A DNA stretch of 63,075 bases, filler included, from Choristocarpus tenellus KU-1152 (lineage: Eukaryota; Protista; Phaeophyceae): NCBI GenBank assembly GCA_964200185.2. It is 8 parts of 8 records of this genome, joined end to end, with 100 filler letters (N's around TTAATTAATTAA, not from the genome) between each part and the next. Parts side by side here need not be neighbours in the genome. Positions count along the whole stretch, not along the records: positions 46,613 to 56,414 come from CAXNAD020003381.1; positions 56,515 to 63,075 come from CAXNAD020007866.1; 6 more parts are not named here. One strand, written 5' to 3'. A model generated the notes under the pieces. That model had not been told where the DNA came from and made no database searches. It worked only from the letters and a program-made list of their open reading frames with translations. The translations under genes and the position numbers were made by a program. Of this stretch, positions 50,730-63,075 are shown piece by piece (the stretch's first letter is position 1; each line of letters opens with the position of its first letter).

Positions 50730-53700
50730 GTCATAAACATTGGCATCTTCCTCTTCGAACAGTGCAGGCACTGCACCCATAGAACCTATTGAATCCCATT
50801 GTTTGATCAACTCTGAAGCCTTGCTGGGGTAGGTTTGGATCAGGTTCACCTAAGGGTAGAAGACAGGGAACGCGAGAACAGGCAAGAGAGACAAGGCTTG
50901 AGCGCCATTAAGGTCATACTTACATGTATGTATGTAAGGTGCAAGTTATTGGAAGTGGTCTTGTGGAACCAACAGGAGGTCACCGTAAACAAATGCTAGG
51001 CATGTTGCACCATGATATTGAAGCCCTATTCTCAATTTAATACCCTCTACAAACCAACAGGATTATGGGACTCAGTGCCTACATACATTCTTCAAGATCA
51101 ACCTTCTGAACTAGATCAACCGAACTGCCTTCCATTCACACCAGATTTGCATGGACAATATGTAGAGTACCACCATTGAAAAGATGCAGTTCCCCTTTAC
51201 ACGATTTGGCAACATGTTATTCCCAAGCATACAAAAAGAAGTGATGCTTCATCCATGAAGAAATTCGTAAGGTCAAATTTCATGTTGGCATTTGATAACA
51301 ATAGCTACAATATCAGTTTCCCTCACCAATACGAGAACTGTTATTACTCTTAATTGGGGCAATGAGAAGGTTACTTTCTGCCCACAAAACCCTTGAAACA
51401 TTTTGAAATGATTTTAGTGCAATGAAATGATCCTTGCCTACCTTCCTTTACTTCAGGGGAGAAGTTACACTACTTCCCAATTCTTGTCACGTTAATCACA
51501 AGTACACACATTTCATTGGTACTGTACCATTCAGATCACACTCTTGCTTTTGAGGGGATTGAATATCTTCTCATTGAGCACCTTGCCCTCTTCACATAAG
51601 CCCAACAGCAAGTTGAAGACTTGGAAAACTACTATCTCACCTTTTCCTCAGGGTCTTCCTTGAGATTGAACAGGTAGTCAGATGCCAAGTACTCAGATTC
51701 ACCAGTACAGGTACCAAAGCAAGCGCAGCACTCTCCATTTTCAACACAAAACCCTGTTGGCACAGAATCAGCCTTTGAGTGGCTGTACCAACCAGAGCAC
51801 CTTAGATTTTTTTTTAAAACGTTACAAGTTGGGTTTCAGCACATAGGTTTAGTATCAGCTTTCACTTCAGGGTTGAACTTCGGAAATTCTGTTGATTTTC
51901 ATGGTTCTAGTTGGGATTTACATATATTTCTAGTTCATGTAGGGGCTGGCAGTTCCTCTTGCAGCTTGTACTCCCTGTTGAAGTTTAGGACTGATGTTCC
52001 ACTTCTGGGTTGGACGCTTATGGTTCCTGTCGGATTTCATCATTCTACCTGGGGTTGACCGTTAGTTTGTCACGGGGTTCATAGTTCCCATTCGGGTGCA
52101 TGGTTCTGGTTGAGCTTCAAGGTGATTGTTGGGGTCCAAGGCCAGGGTTGAATTACAACCCAGGAAGAGGACTGGACAGGTTTGACCCAGCAGGGGAACA
52201 GGTTTTGATCAGAAGGCTTCAGATTGGATGTTTACAAAAGGGGAGGTAGTCCAGATTGGTAACAGGAGGTCCAGCTCAAAAAGATAGCACCAAGACTTTG
52301 CCTTGTGCTATGTATATATTGCCCTTCCCACTATGGGTATGCAGAAGAGGAAATTAAAGGGGACTGTGACAGAGTAATAGTAAAGAATACATGAATGCAA
52401 AAACACATCTAAGAAAATATCCATCCTCCCCACACCATTTAGCCATGATGCTGACATCAACTCGTTTGGTACCAAGGGGCGTAAATTAATTCTTGTCACC
52501 TATCAAGAAACGTTTCTTGTTTGGTGTTTTCAAAAATAAAATCACACACTCTGCCCCTTCAACAATCTTCAATCAATCCATCAAGGACATCCCAGTACAG
52601 TTAAAATACATATATAAATATATATATATATTCATATTTTTGAAAGTATATGCATGTATGTATCTCCCCCCAAAAATGCAAAGAAGCAAACAAAAAATCT
52701 CTATGGTGATTGAAAACCCTTGTCAAAATTTCCACTACCAACAATATCGAGTCGCCTTTGTAACCTCTTGAATGAATGAGACCACTCACAAGCTATTTAC
52801 ACAAATATTGTTTTGATCTCCAGTATTGACTCTAAGTTCAAAACGTAAAAATAGGACTGCGATCGACTCTAGCAGTCCAGTTCAACATAAAAAAAGAAAA
52901 ACAATAATGGTATGATGGATTGCCCCATATACCGTCATTGACATACCTCATATCATCACACCAACTGACCCATCAACTCCCCAATATTCAGTTGGAAGCA
53001 ACCCCAAGCACTTTCTGACTAAATGTTCAAGCATCATTCGTGAGAGAGTTACAAATACTTGTGATATTGATATTGCCAGTATGTACAGCCTTCCAAAAAA
53101 GGTATCTAGTCCACAGACCACACTACCACAAGAATTAACCAACTGCTGCAAAAACATTCTGAACTAATTATTAATCTAGTACTACCTAGTACTACCTGGT
53201 AGTACCCTTGTGTTTGTCTAAGGTTCCTGGGCAAGAAAAATCATCATCACTGCTGCTTCCGTACCATCCACGCACCTTGATGTTCTCACTACAAACACCT
53301 CCCAATTTCAGCTGTTGTTCAAAGACCTACAGTACTGTTAGTACTTGAGAGTAGTAACTGTACAGTGTATGAAGAAAAATATTTGATGATGTCAGGTACA
53401 CGGCTCCCACACAGGCAAGAGGCCAAGAAAGAAAGTCAGGAATGGACAAAACGGGGTATATAGTGTTAGGGTAGAGTACCACAAACTCACCACTCATTGA
53501 CAATGACTTTCCAGTCCCCTGAGATGAAGGCCCCTCTGGTAGGCATCATTTTGTTGGCCGCTGAGTCATCATCCCAGGTGAACTGTTCGTACCTGGTGCA
53601 TGCATGTGTGTGTGGTAAGGATTAGGATGGGGGTTAGGGTTAGGGTTAGGGAAGGACATGAGCACAAGCTACATTCAGGCTATTACCCCTCCATCTACAT

Positions 53701-55428
53701 GCGCAGCATCGTCATTGGACCACATGTTTCCATTAAATGGGCCATGTCCCAGCATGTCTGTTTTGGCAGGGGACTCCGGAGCTGCTGTACCTTCCCCCCA
53801 GCAGAACCAAGTGTTTTTTTTTTTCAACAGTTTTTTTACATCTTCTTGGGAAAAAACAAGACAGAATGTGCCTACAAACATATCTTTTCCCCCCATTTTC
53901 TGAACAGCACGCTGTACTTGATACACACTCTCAAGCGGTACAGGGTTTAGCGTAAGTCAACTTGAAGGGTAAGGGATAGCATACTTTCAAGTACTTGCGA
54001 GCAATACAGTGTCCAGTGCAGGTACCATCCAAGAACATATTGTATCACACTCATTAGAAGCCTCCTTGAGTTGTCATGAAGGCACATGTTTCAGGGTAGG
54101 TACCTCTGAAGAACATGGAATAGAATATATATTGAAAGGACTCTCAAGCAGTACAGGGTTTGGGGTTGGTTTCTTACCTTAGAAACTCAGACTGAGTTAA
54201 TAGTTCAAGGCACTCTCAGATGGCACAGTGCATAGTACAAGGTAAACACTCAGTAAGCCATACGCTGATGTAACAGAAATATTTCTTATGTATCAGGTAA
54301 CACTACAACATCATTTGTAGAACTGGTCCTTAGGTGCATAGAGTCAATGCCTCACAGAGCCCATTTTTCCCTCGAGTCAGATACCCCTTTTCAAACAAAA
54401 CCAAATCAGGTTATCAGGTTCAACCACACTGAGGGAGAGGAGGGGGAGGGGCAAGGACATATTCCCACACAATTCGCACAAAATCCAAGCACGAAAGACA
54501 CAATGGAATATTCCCATACATTTTTTTTCCAATGCAAGCCTACGATACCTGCAACACCTTATCTCACCCCAGCATGAGCTCTGTTCGTGCTGGCGCAACC
54601 TCTTCCTGACCCGCCTTCAATAATGCCTCCCAATGGTCAACACCGTCCAACTCCTTGCCCTCAAGCGATAGTCCAGTCACACTGGACAAGGTCGGAGTCC
54701 AATCCATGGAGTGCATCAATCCCGAGTAGGTTGAGCCCCATGCCTGGCGAGGGGGTAGGGGGGGGTTGAGCAGATGTAAGTACTGAAACTCTTGTCCGGT
54801 TAGAACTTCTATGAGAGCAAATGTAGCTACTGTCACTAGAAGCGAATCTGTTGATGGATGTAACTGCCATCAGGATAACAAAACACACATAAGGAAACTC
54901 ATAGGTATGAATGCAAGAGGAACAAGAACACTACACCATTGTATCTCTTTTCACCACAGATCAAGTTCACCCTATGTTTAAAAATGAAAGTAGTTGCCGG
55001 GACAAATTCAGCATACTGTGTCATGCTCCTTCATACACACAAGAGAACGAATGAGATCAATACCACCCCCACAGAGACACAGGGGAAACAGCAGGAAATA
55101 AACATAATATTATGTCTACCACTGTACTAGTGTACTCATACTTCAAAATATAGGTTAAACAAGGGAGAACATGGAAGAAACAGGAACATTAAGACAGACC
55201 CACAAGCGTTGTCAATGGTGTTCACTGTCAAACCTCTTTTGGAATCCTGGACTCCGAGCAGACGAAGCCTGGGACATGGACTCCCCCATCATAGTAACTG
55301 CTCTTGATTCCCCTCAGAGGATAGTTGGAACTTCCAATCTCCGGGCATCCGCCGTTGTCACTGGTGACTATCACCACAGCATCATCCAAGAAACCCATAT
55401 CTCCCAGTTCCTTCATCATACGCCCCAC
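50730..55428 (-). CDS. Arylsulfatase (S1 sulfatase, ARSB/I/J-like), 3' part; 5' exons missing and last exon uncertain
   Basis: Exons 55234-55428, 54568-54743, 53491-53592, 51641-51800, 50730-50849 splice in phase. Motifs VIVTSDNGG, SNYPLRGIKSSYYDGGVHVPGFV, GLMHSMDWTPTL, LDGVDHWEAL, GDWKVI, LFNLKEDPEEKVNL..YP. Confidence 0.93.
53630..53651 (-). repeat. Telomere-like (TTAGGG)3 tract, reading (CCCTAA)n on the sense strand upstream of a sulfatase acceptor
   Basis: GGGGTTAGGGTTAGGGTTAGGG lies about 35-55 nt before the acceptor at 53593. Confidence 0.85.
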
Positions 55429-56514
55429 CTGTTTGCAAAAAAAGGGGAGGGGGATGCAAGGTCAGCATGGGAAAGATGTACTTGGAACTTGAAGAAAGAG
55501 TACAAGAATGAGTGGGGTGCTCCATCGGAGAGGATACAGGACAGGGCATCTTGAAAACACATGTTTTCAAGCTGAAGGTGTGACCTTTCACAAATAGAGA
55601 GGCATCTCAGCATCTTGACAAAAATCGGGGCCAGCGAGGCACTCCTAGCCTAAAATCCGTGGGGGCATCACAAGAAGTATCTCCACCTAGGTAGGCCCTG
55701 AGGAGAGGTCGATTTAATCCTCGAATTTCTCCCAAAGCACCGCCCAGGACACCATCCAAGTCCATACTTATCCTTCGGATGAATAGAGAGTCAAGAAAGG
55801 GAAGCTTTGGTGAGGTTGGTACCAACGTCTGCTCACTCTTGTCCATTGAGGTACTGATGCATCTGTACCATGGGACCATGTATTCTTAAGCAGGACTAGT
55901 GCAGTGGTTTCTTAACCTATTCTGACAAAATGACATTGCACCTGCCCCATCAATAGAGTGAAAGTGTCTCTGTTGGGTGCCTAGTACAAATATTAATAAT
56001 AGGTTTTGGAGTGCGTGGGAAAGGTTGCAGGTTGAAGACATGCATCTCATTGGTTCAGTGTGAAAATAGGCTCATGCTATTGGTTGAACTGTTGCTCTTG
56101 GTGTATACCCAATCATCCCCTTTCATCTTGACATGACACACTATCATAACAGTAAACAAAAGGCGTTTGGGGAAGTTGGGGGAGCGGGGCAGAGTAGCAA
56201 TTTTCCCTTTAATACTCCACAAGGTGTTCACTCTGTGAGGAGACCAAAAGTCGCCACAGAAGGCTATGGTAATATGGATTGGGTCACAGCTAAGGAACAG
56301 TTGTAGCAGGATTATATAGCCAGTGCAGATTCACTACTCATTGCTTGAGGGCATGTGAACCCCTGTTCATACACTAACACATATTTGGGAGAGCTGACTT
56401 GAAGTAGAAGGGGGNNNNNNNNNNNNNNNNNNNNNNNNNNNNNNNNNNNNNNNNNNNNTTAATTAATTAANNNNNNNNNNNNNNNNNNNNNNNNNNNNNN
56501 NNNNNNNNNNNNNN

Positions 56515-56721
56515 AGTACTGGAAGTACATAGTACTGGAAGTACATAGTACTGGAAGTACATAGTACTGGAAGTACATAGTACTGGAAGTACATAGTACT
56601 GGAAGTACATAGTACTGGAAGTACATAGTACTGGAAGTACATAGTACTGGAAGTACATAGTACTGGAAGTACATAGTACTGGAAGTACATAGTACTGGAA
56701 GTACATAGTACTGGAAGTACA
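56515..56721. repeat. Perfect 16-bp tandem repeat AGTACTGGAAGTACAT, about 13 copies, truncated by the contig start
   Basis: Read directly; homogeneous, no spacers. Confidence 0.97.
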
Positions 56722-56817
56722 AGGAAATTAGGGAAAGACAAAAACTGGCACTAGTCAGCAATGCAACAAGTTGGAACAAGGTGAAATTCTGTTGTACAAG
56801 TAAGTCTTGTACACAGA

Positions 56818-56889
56818 AGTAGAAAGATTGTTTTTAGTAGAAAGATTGTTCTTAGTAGAAAGATTGTTCTTAGTAGAAAGATTGTTCTT
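56818..56889. repeat. 18-bp tandem repeat AGTAGAAAGATTGTTCTT x4
   Basis: Read directly. Confidence 0.95.
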
Positions 56890-57978
56890 GTCCCACTGCG
56901 CACAGTAGCTAACATGAGCATTTCGAGGTAATTGGAAATCGTTCGTGCTTCAATCTTACATGACCAGCTAGGAAAACTATGTATGTGCTATTAATACAGG
57001 AAACCTCTCAGGGTGCAATAGAGTCAATTCCAAACAAATTTCCACCTTGGGTATAGGGTTCCTAGCACACCACTTCTTATCTAGGCTGTGTGGCTTAGAC
57101 TACAATGGGCAAACTAGGTATTGGAGTGGTTAATAGAAGGCAGGTACAGACACAAGGGAAAACCAAATGCATTGAAATATAAGAGGTCTCATCTCTAATC
57201 TGTCGTGGAGCAGGACAAGTACCCATCTTACAGTACTGATGTGGAGATAACCATGTCTGAGTCTCTTCTTAAGCAACACAAACATCCTCAATCTAAAAAT
57301 AAAAATAAAAAAACACACACACACACAACACACAACACACAACACACAAATACGTACTCTGCAGGCTGACATCAAATCAATAGTTAAAGCAATTCTGAAT
57401 ACTATGATAGTAGCACTCAAGCCCTTAATTGGCAAGAACCTCACAGTCGGTAGTCCACAAATTCCACCCACCAACTCACAAAAAAGACCTCAGGACTGAC
57501 TAATCCCAAGCCCTCCCCAGAGGTTGCCCCACACTGCACATAAATAGATGTTCTTGTTAAGTCACAACATCAAGATGTAAGTGCTTTTGGGATTGGATTA
57601 TGGGTATGGGTGACTTGTGTGAAATTATTGGAGAACTGCCATAGGTATGGTCAAGATCCAGTCCTTGCGATAGGACTAGCAGTCAACCTCCATTGTCAGC
57701 AGGCAAAACACCTGAATCCAAAAAATTACTAAAGTTGTGCAAGAGGGCTACAAAACAAGTCTACCTTACCAAAGCCTACTGTCCTTACTTGTACAGTGTG
57801 AGTCCCAGTGGCTCCTTAGCTACAGGACAAATGGTCCTTCAATTGTCTCAATATGACCCTCCCACCCAGTGAGTGGAAAACACCCCAAGTCGTTGGTGAA
57901 TGCATGACGATTATATATTGACTACACAGTGACGATTTGTTAATTGTATAGCATATATGAGCGTATGTATCACCATAC

Positions 57979-59894
57979 CTTGTGGAGGATGTAGTGATCG
58001 TCGACTCTTGTCTCTACATCAAGGTACTCGTGTTTGATATTCTCCAACAAATGTGAGCACTGGAATGCTCTCCACTTGGCATAGTTTAAGCGATCCTCAT
58101 GCTCTGAAAAAACGTTCAGGTAAGGGACAGGGGACAAACTGACTAACTAGCTGCCTAGCTGGCTACCTGACTGACTGTTACAGTTGCGGTAACCCTTGGA
58201 GTGCGCACAAATCTACAAGGCGTGCAACACAGAAGATAATGCAGTCTTGACCATTTAGGTTTACCACATCTGCGACAACTAGTCCCAGCTGCTCCCTACT
58301 AGGAGTGTAGAGTGAGGTTTAGGGGTAGGTTATCTTCTAATTCAAGAGAAAATATCCTTGACAAATACAGTACCCTGGAATGTTTCAAAGTATACCTAAA
58401 TCTACCACTCCATGGTGAACCTATTACATATCAAACATATTATAGTGTATGTAGTATTGTATACATTGGGTCAAGTTTTGGTAATGAGGGGAGTATGCGG
58501 CAGATAGTTATTCATCAAACACCTTCCCTGGTACATGGAGAATTTAAGAAAGCACTATTGTACAGAACTCAAACGTTTACACAGTAGGAAATGACAGCTG
58601 TTTTGGTTGACTCCAAAGGTGGACATTTATAGACCCTGCTCTACCTGAATATTGTTGTTACAGGGATTATAATCACACTGCTCACCTGCAGGAAGCGCAT
58701 TGAACGACTTGAGCACCTCAAGATACACCATTGCTGTGTGAAAACTCCTTGCCTTCGTCACCCGACTCCCCTCTGTCCTGGGGTCTTCTGCTGCCTTAAT
58801 TGCTTGCAGTGCAGCATCAAGCAGGGCCTTCTTGCCGGACTGATGGATGAGCATGAAGGGAGATGGGTATAAAGGCGAGGGGAACCAGTACCCAGTCATT
58901 ATCCTACAAGAAGGTGAAGTTACAATTCGAACCCAAGGGGGCGTTCATCAACGACGCTGAGATAATGCAACGTTGACGGCGGCGTATCCCGGCAAGCTCA
59001 AGCTGGACGAAGATGTCATCGATGTCAAGATTCGAGGTCTTAACAAGGGTCTTGCCTGTCATTATACATGCACTTACAGATACAAAGTGGGTGGTAGCGA
59101 CAACACCAGGAACCTTAGTTTTTGTCTCTGGAACGGGCGCTTTACTCCATTCATACGGTTTGCAGTTTTGACCAGCTGGAAGGAGTCGCTTGTGTAGCCA
59201 CAGGGTGATGCCTTTCATAAGTTGGCCGCAAACAACAGGGGTCGTCCGCTGGTAGAAGGTGCAGGTGTGAGCATTCACCTTCAACCATGTTGTTCCACTA
59301 CCCTCAAACACCGTGGAGAAGAACGCTCCTTTCCTCGAGTGCTCACACATTCGCAATTCTTGTTATAGCAATTCTTCAAAACTAAAAACTTACCGCACCA
59401 TCACAACAACGTTTATCCATCAAGACAACACCTAATCAACCCTTCATTACCAAAATAGTAGGACAGGACCTCCATATTGGTAGTTACCACATCTTCGTCT
59501 TCAAACAGTATGGCCTGAAAGATTGCCTAATAATGTCAGTGACCAGTTGGCAGTACTGCACACACACCTGGCTCCCTGGTGTGGTGGCTTGGGGATCCGC
59601 ATTGCGAGGGTGGTGGGGTAGGGGAGGGGGGAAGCCGTTTGTAGGTTTCGCTTCCAAGTTATCACTCTTGGATTCACCATCACTGAGGAAGTTGAGCTCA
59701 ACCAGGAACTGACTGACTTCCCGCATATCAGTCTCGTCTGGAGGATGTTGGACGCGCAAACGAGGGTTAGCACATGCATAGGAGAGCGACATAAGACCAA
59801 TTCAAGAGTGCAATATTCCCACACTTGAGCACGCACTTAGGCTCACGCCCTCCGCTAACATCTTCTCAGCTTGCTTGATGGGATCCCCCGCCAT
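57979..59894 (-). CDS. Vta1/LIP5 N-terminal (MIT)-like protein, 3'-partial
   Basis: Exons 59837-59894 (tentative), 59568-59737, 58686-58839, 57979-58103 splice in phase. EVSQFLVEL, ALQAIKAAED, KARSFHTAMVYLEVLKSF and RLNYAKWRA resemble Vta1 FL..LM / AL..F..AD.ED / KSF.TA....V..F / KYAKWKA. Confidence 0.7.
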
Positions 59895-61099
59895 GATGGC
59901 TTGGAGAGGGGGATGCTCGACCTCTGTATAAAGAAGCTAGACCTTCCCTTCCAACGATGTCCTTCCTGTGTGGTATGGTGATCCACCAAAAACTTTCTTC
60001 GTGTTGTAGTGAACCAACATAACCAGTCGTATTGGAGAGTCGTACTGAGAACTATACGCATACGTTCGTATTGGTGATAGATCCAATCAAAGATTGGAAA
60101 AATATGAACCAATACTGTTAATTCACAGATTGATTGGATAAACTCAGAACCTTCAATGAAAATATAAGGGTTTAGGGGTGATGGAAGAGATGAAGGAAAT
60201 TTGTAAAAGGACATGGTATGAGGTGTCAAGTCATATATTGAATATATATGGTAACATCATCCTAATTAATACCATAACGCAAAAAGAAGTTCAAAGAAGA
60301 TCCTAAACATAGTGGTGGTATTAATATTAAGCATGTTGAAATAAGGAATGAACAGATTGATTGGATAACTTCAACACCTTCAATGAAATATTAAGGTTTA
60401 TACATATAGGGGTTAGCTAACCCGTCAATGAAATATCAAGGTAGATATATACATAGGTGTTTTCATTTGTTTTCCCCCTGACACATCTGCAAAATGTCAG
60501 AGGCATAATATTATATAATGCATATAGGTGTTGAAAGATATAGCGAGGAAAAATAATTTATTTCATGTATGTTTGAGGTTGGTTGTAACTGTGAGAGCTT
60601 GTTTCCATCTGTTTCACGAACTGGTGAATTAATTATTATTGATGGCATTATCTTACTAAAGAAGACTCTTCTCATTCTCAATTTTTTGTGACAGATATGG
60701 ACATATATATGTGCCTTAAAGTGGACAGACAAACGTATAAAGGAAGGTTAGATGCCAGTTTCTGATCATACAAACACGCACCCAAACAATACCCTTCCAA
60801 TTAACATCCTCTCCTCTTCGACTTAGGTGTGTAGGTCGGAAGGAAAACCTTTCCGATGTCTTCTTCGTGCTGGACACCAGGACCACCACACTTCACTGAA
60901 GTCAATAAAGTAGGTATGGACACTGCCTTCATGGAATTTGTGACATCATGTATCCGGAGTGCTAAATAGTATGTGGACTATTAATACTCAGAAATACTTT
61001 ATTATGATGCACACATATTCTAGAGTGTTAGGTAGGAGGTGACTCTTCATCTAATGGTAATGACACACAATCAGGCACCAAGACATGGCATTATGTCTT

Positions 61100-62810
61100 A
61101 ACTTCAAAGGTGATGCCACATGTCATCAAAGTGCGTATTACCCATCCAACTATGGTTGATTTCCGTTGCACATCCTACTGGAAGTCGCCAAAGACTTAGG
61201 ATATTTAAGGCTTGTTGTGTTTGTTGAGCTTCTTTCGCTTGGTTGAAAGCACCCGCTGAGTACATTGAGACGGTATCCTCCCCACAAATATAAGAAAAGC
61301 AAGAAAACTTCCTCACAGTCCAAGGATACTTCTCCCCTCATCCACCACCCTACCTACATCCGTTGAAAAAAAAAACGGTGGCAGAGATATACTACTGCAA
61401 GGACTGGTGTGGACTTTGTCCTCTCCGTCTATCAGACTCCCTCGTCCATTGGCTAAAACAGTTGACATGAATCACATTAAATGTGCTGCTTGGGGTGATG
61501 AAAAGAAGGAAGTCAAAATAGTGTCAAGAAAGGAGGTGCAAGCTGCTTGTCTTGTGGGTACTCTCTATTTCTCTTCTAATCTTCGAGGAGCAGACTCTCC
61601 TGTGATATCCACGCCTTGAGTGGAGAGAGTAGATGCACTACTACAGGAATGCAGAACGCACTTCCAAGAAGGGCCTTCCGTTCTTGCTCCGTCAATGCAC
61701 GAACAGGTCTTCCCTCCTTGTCATGTGTCCATGCAGTGTACTGTAAGAATTGTTTTACATACCCGTTTCAGTGACATGGGTGAGACAATCACTTGTACGC
61801 TATGCTATTCTCCAATTGTACAAGAAACTTAGAGTTGCATGTAGAGGGATAACAAAATATTTTCAAACAGTAATTTATTCTAGGGGTGATCAAAAATATG
61901 ATTTCGAGGATGGGTGCCAAGGAGATATCCACATACTAACCCTAGTATACACTGTTTTAACAAACATAATGACTTGCAAATGAAAAACAAACAGGACTTG
62001 TTAACTGGCTCAAAATATCTGGGGGGGGGGGGGGGGCTACTCCAGGGGGTCCATTCGGGCCACAACCCCTAAAAGTGCATTTACCTTCTCCACCCANNNN
62101 NNNNNNGCTGTGTGACGGCGTGCAGAGGGGGGGGGGGGGGGGGGGGGGTCTACTCCAGGGTGTCCATTCGGGCCATAACCAGTAGAAGTGCACTTACCTT
62201 ATCCATCCAACACATGCAACCAAATCACCCCAAAATCGCAACATGGAAAAATGGGTCCCAAATGGACAGCCACCCCCCCCCCAGATACTTCGAGCCAACT
62301 CCAAGAACATTAGATTGATGAAGTGTCGTAGGTACCCGCAAACGATACTGTTGTGGATGTTTTTCAAAAATGTAGTGTATTACATCTGCGCCATGGTTTT
62401 GCAATAGATCAATTGTGGGTTGCATCAGACCCTGATTGTCAGAACGCTGATACACAAAAAGCTTTTCCTTGCGACTGGAGTCCTTCTTCAATAAAGTACA
62501 GTCCATGGCACAGACTCATGTCACGTAGATATTTATGTCAGCGTTGCATGTTTTGCCCTGATACTGATCGCTTTAGGGGACAAAAGACACCTGTTCATAT
62601 ATTCTAATAGGAATAGGAGGGGATAAAAAGTCCCTTTCAAATGGAGCCAGCAGTCGGCAGTCGGCAGCACTGACATGGTGCATGTCATTGCCAGCAAACG
62701 AAAAAGTATGTAAATCCACATACCATGAAGCGTATATTATTTTGCATGCTACAACACATACAGAACTCACACACCACTGAGCTATTTGCGGTAGGGCCAA
62801 TATTTTCTTG
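61100..62810 (-). pseudogene. Decayed Ty1/copia pol (integrase to RT start), interrupted by MITEs
   Basis: In order: VCEFCMC (pre-integrase), LLKK, RSDNQG (RSDNGGE), IHYIF..HPQQ (PQQNG), later QALN..W...EI..MGNT (RT lead-in). Confidence 0.45.
62007..62296 (-). mobile_element. G-rich variant of the Sola2-type MITE (TSD AACT); contains a 10-N gap
   Basis: GGCTCAAAATATCTG(n) ... C(n)AGATACTTCGAGCC with AACT on both sides. Shares the subterminal AAAATCGCAACAT.GA..CCCAAATGGAC with the main family. Confidence 0.8.
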
Positions 62811-62819
62811 AGCACTAGA

Positions 62820-63075
62820 GAGCCAAAATATCTCAGAGGGTAGAGTCGCGTCCATTTGGGGGCCAAAATCCAATATTGCGACTTTGATGTAATTTTGGCT
62901 ATTGTGTTTGTTAGGAAGTGTCAGTATCTATGTTTCGGACACACATTTTCATAACGTAAACATTTTACCTACTCCTAAACATTTTGGAATAGGAAAATGT
63001 CATTAATAAAAAATGGGAAGCCAAGCCCCAAATGGACAAACAGGGCAAAATTCGTACCCTCTAAGATACTTTCAC
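62820..63075 (+). mobile_element. Sola2-type MITE, copy 6 (right TIR cut by the window end)
   Basis: GAGCCAAAATATCTCAGAGGGTA ... TACCCTCTAAGATACTTTCAC. Confidence 0.9.

Noticed and set aside
42963-55428. Lyase plus sulfatase as a polysaccharide-utilisation cluster
   Set aside because: They lie on different contigs separated by the linker at 46513-46612; linkage is unsupported.
56515-56889. CRISPR-like appearance of short repeats (also 11536-11623)
   Set aside because: Head-to-tail units with no unique spacers, no cas genes, eukaryotic context.
50730-59894. Vta1-like exons as the 5' end of the sulfatase gene
   Set aside because: Separated by a linker, and the domains are incompatible with a secreted or lysosomal sulfatase.
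59910-59965. KDIVGREGLASLYRG resembling a mitochondrial carrier motif
   Set aside because: No other carrier exons found; the segment is better explained as the 5' region of the Vta1-like gene.

Overview
Eukaryotic, intron-rich, AT-leaning DNA. Gene content, splice style and TE types suggest a photosynthetic stramenopile, probably a brown alga or close relative (inference). The window is eight contigs joined by artificial 100-bp spacers (44 N + TTAATTAATTAA + 44 N), so adjacency across spacers is not evidence of linkage. Spliced genes that can be rebuilt by hand with consistent intron phases: (i) one SET-domain exon (104-250, +); (ii) the 3' half of a villin, gelsolin domains 4-6 plus headpiece (5551-14925, +, 10 exons, one probable GC-AG intron); (iii) a complete two-exon secreted protein with a Cys-rich module fused to a jelly-roll polysaccharide-lyase-like domain (42963-44211, -); (iv) the 3' part of an arylsulfatase (50730-55428, -); (v) the 5' part of a Vta1/MIT-like protein (57979-59894, -). 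The rest is mostly transposon debris: a DD39D mariner relic, LINE, CRE, copia and gypsy relics, and a spliced, frameshifted Sola2-like transposase. A ~260-bp MITE family with GAG/CTC termini and 4-bp TSDs is present in six copies plus G-rich variants, and one copy sits inside an intron of that transposase. The best candidates for something undescribed are the Sola2 transposase/MITE system with a SAP-like insert, the knottin-like plus lyase fusion, and the atypical Vta1-like gene. All homology calls come from motif recognition by eye, with no database search.
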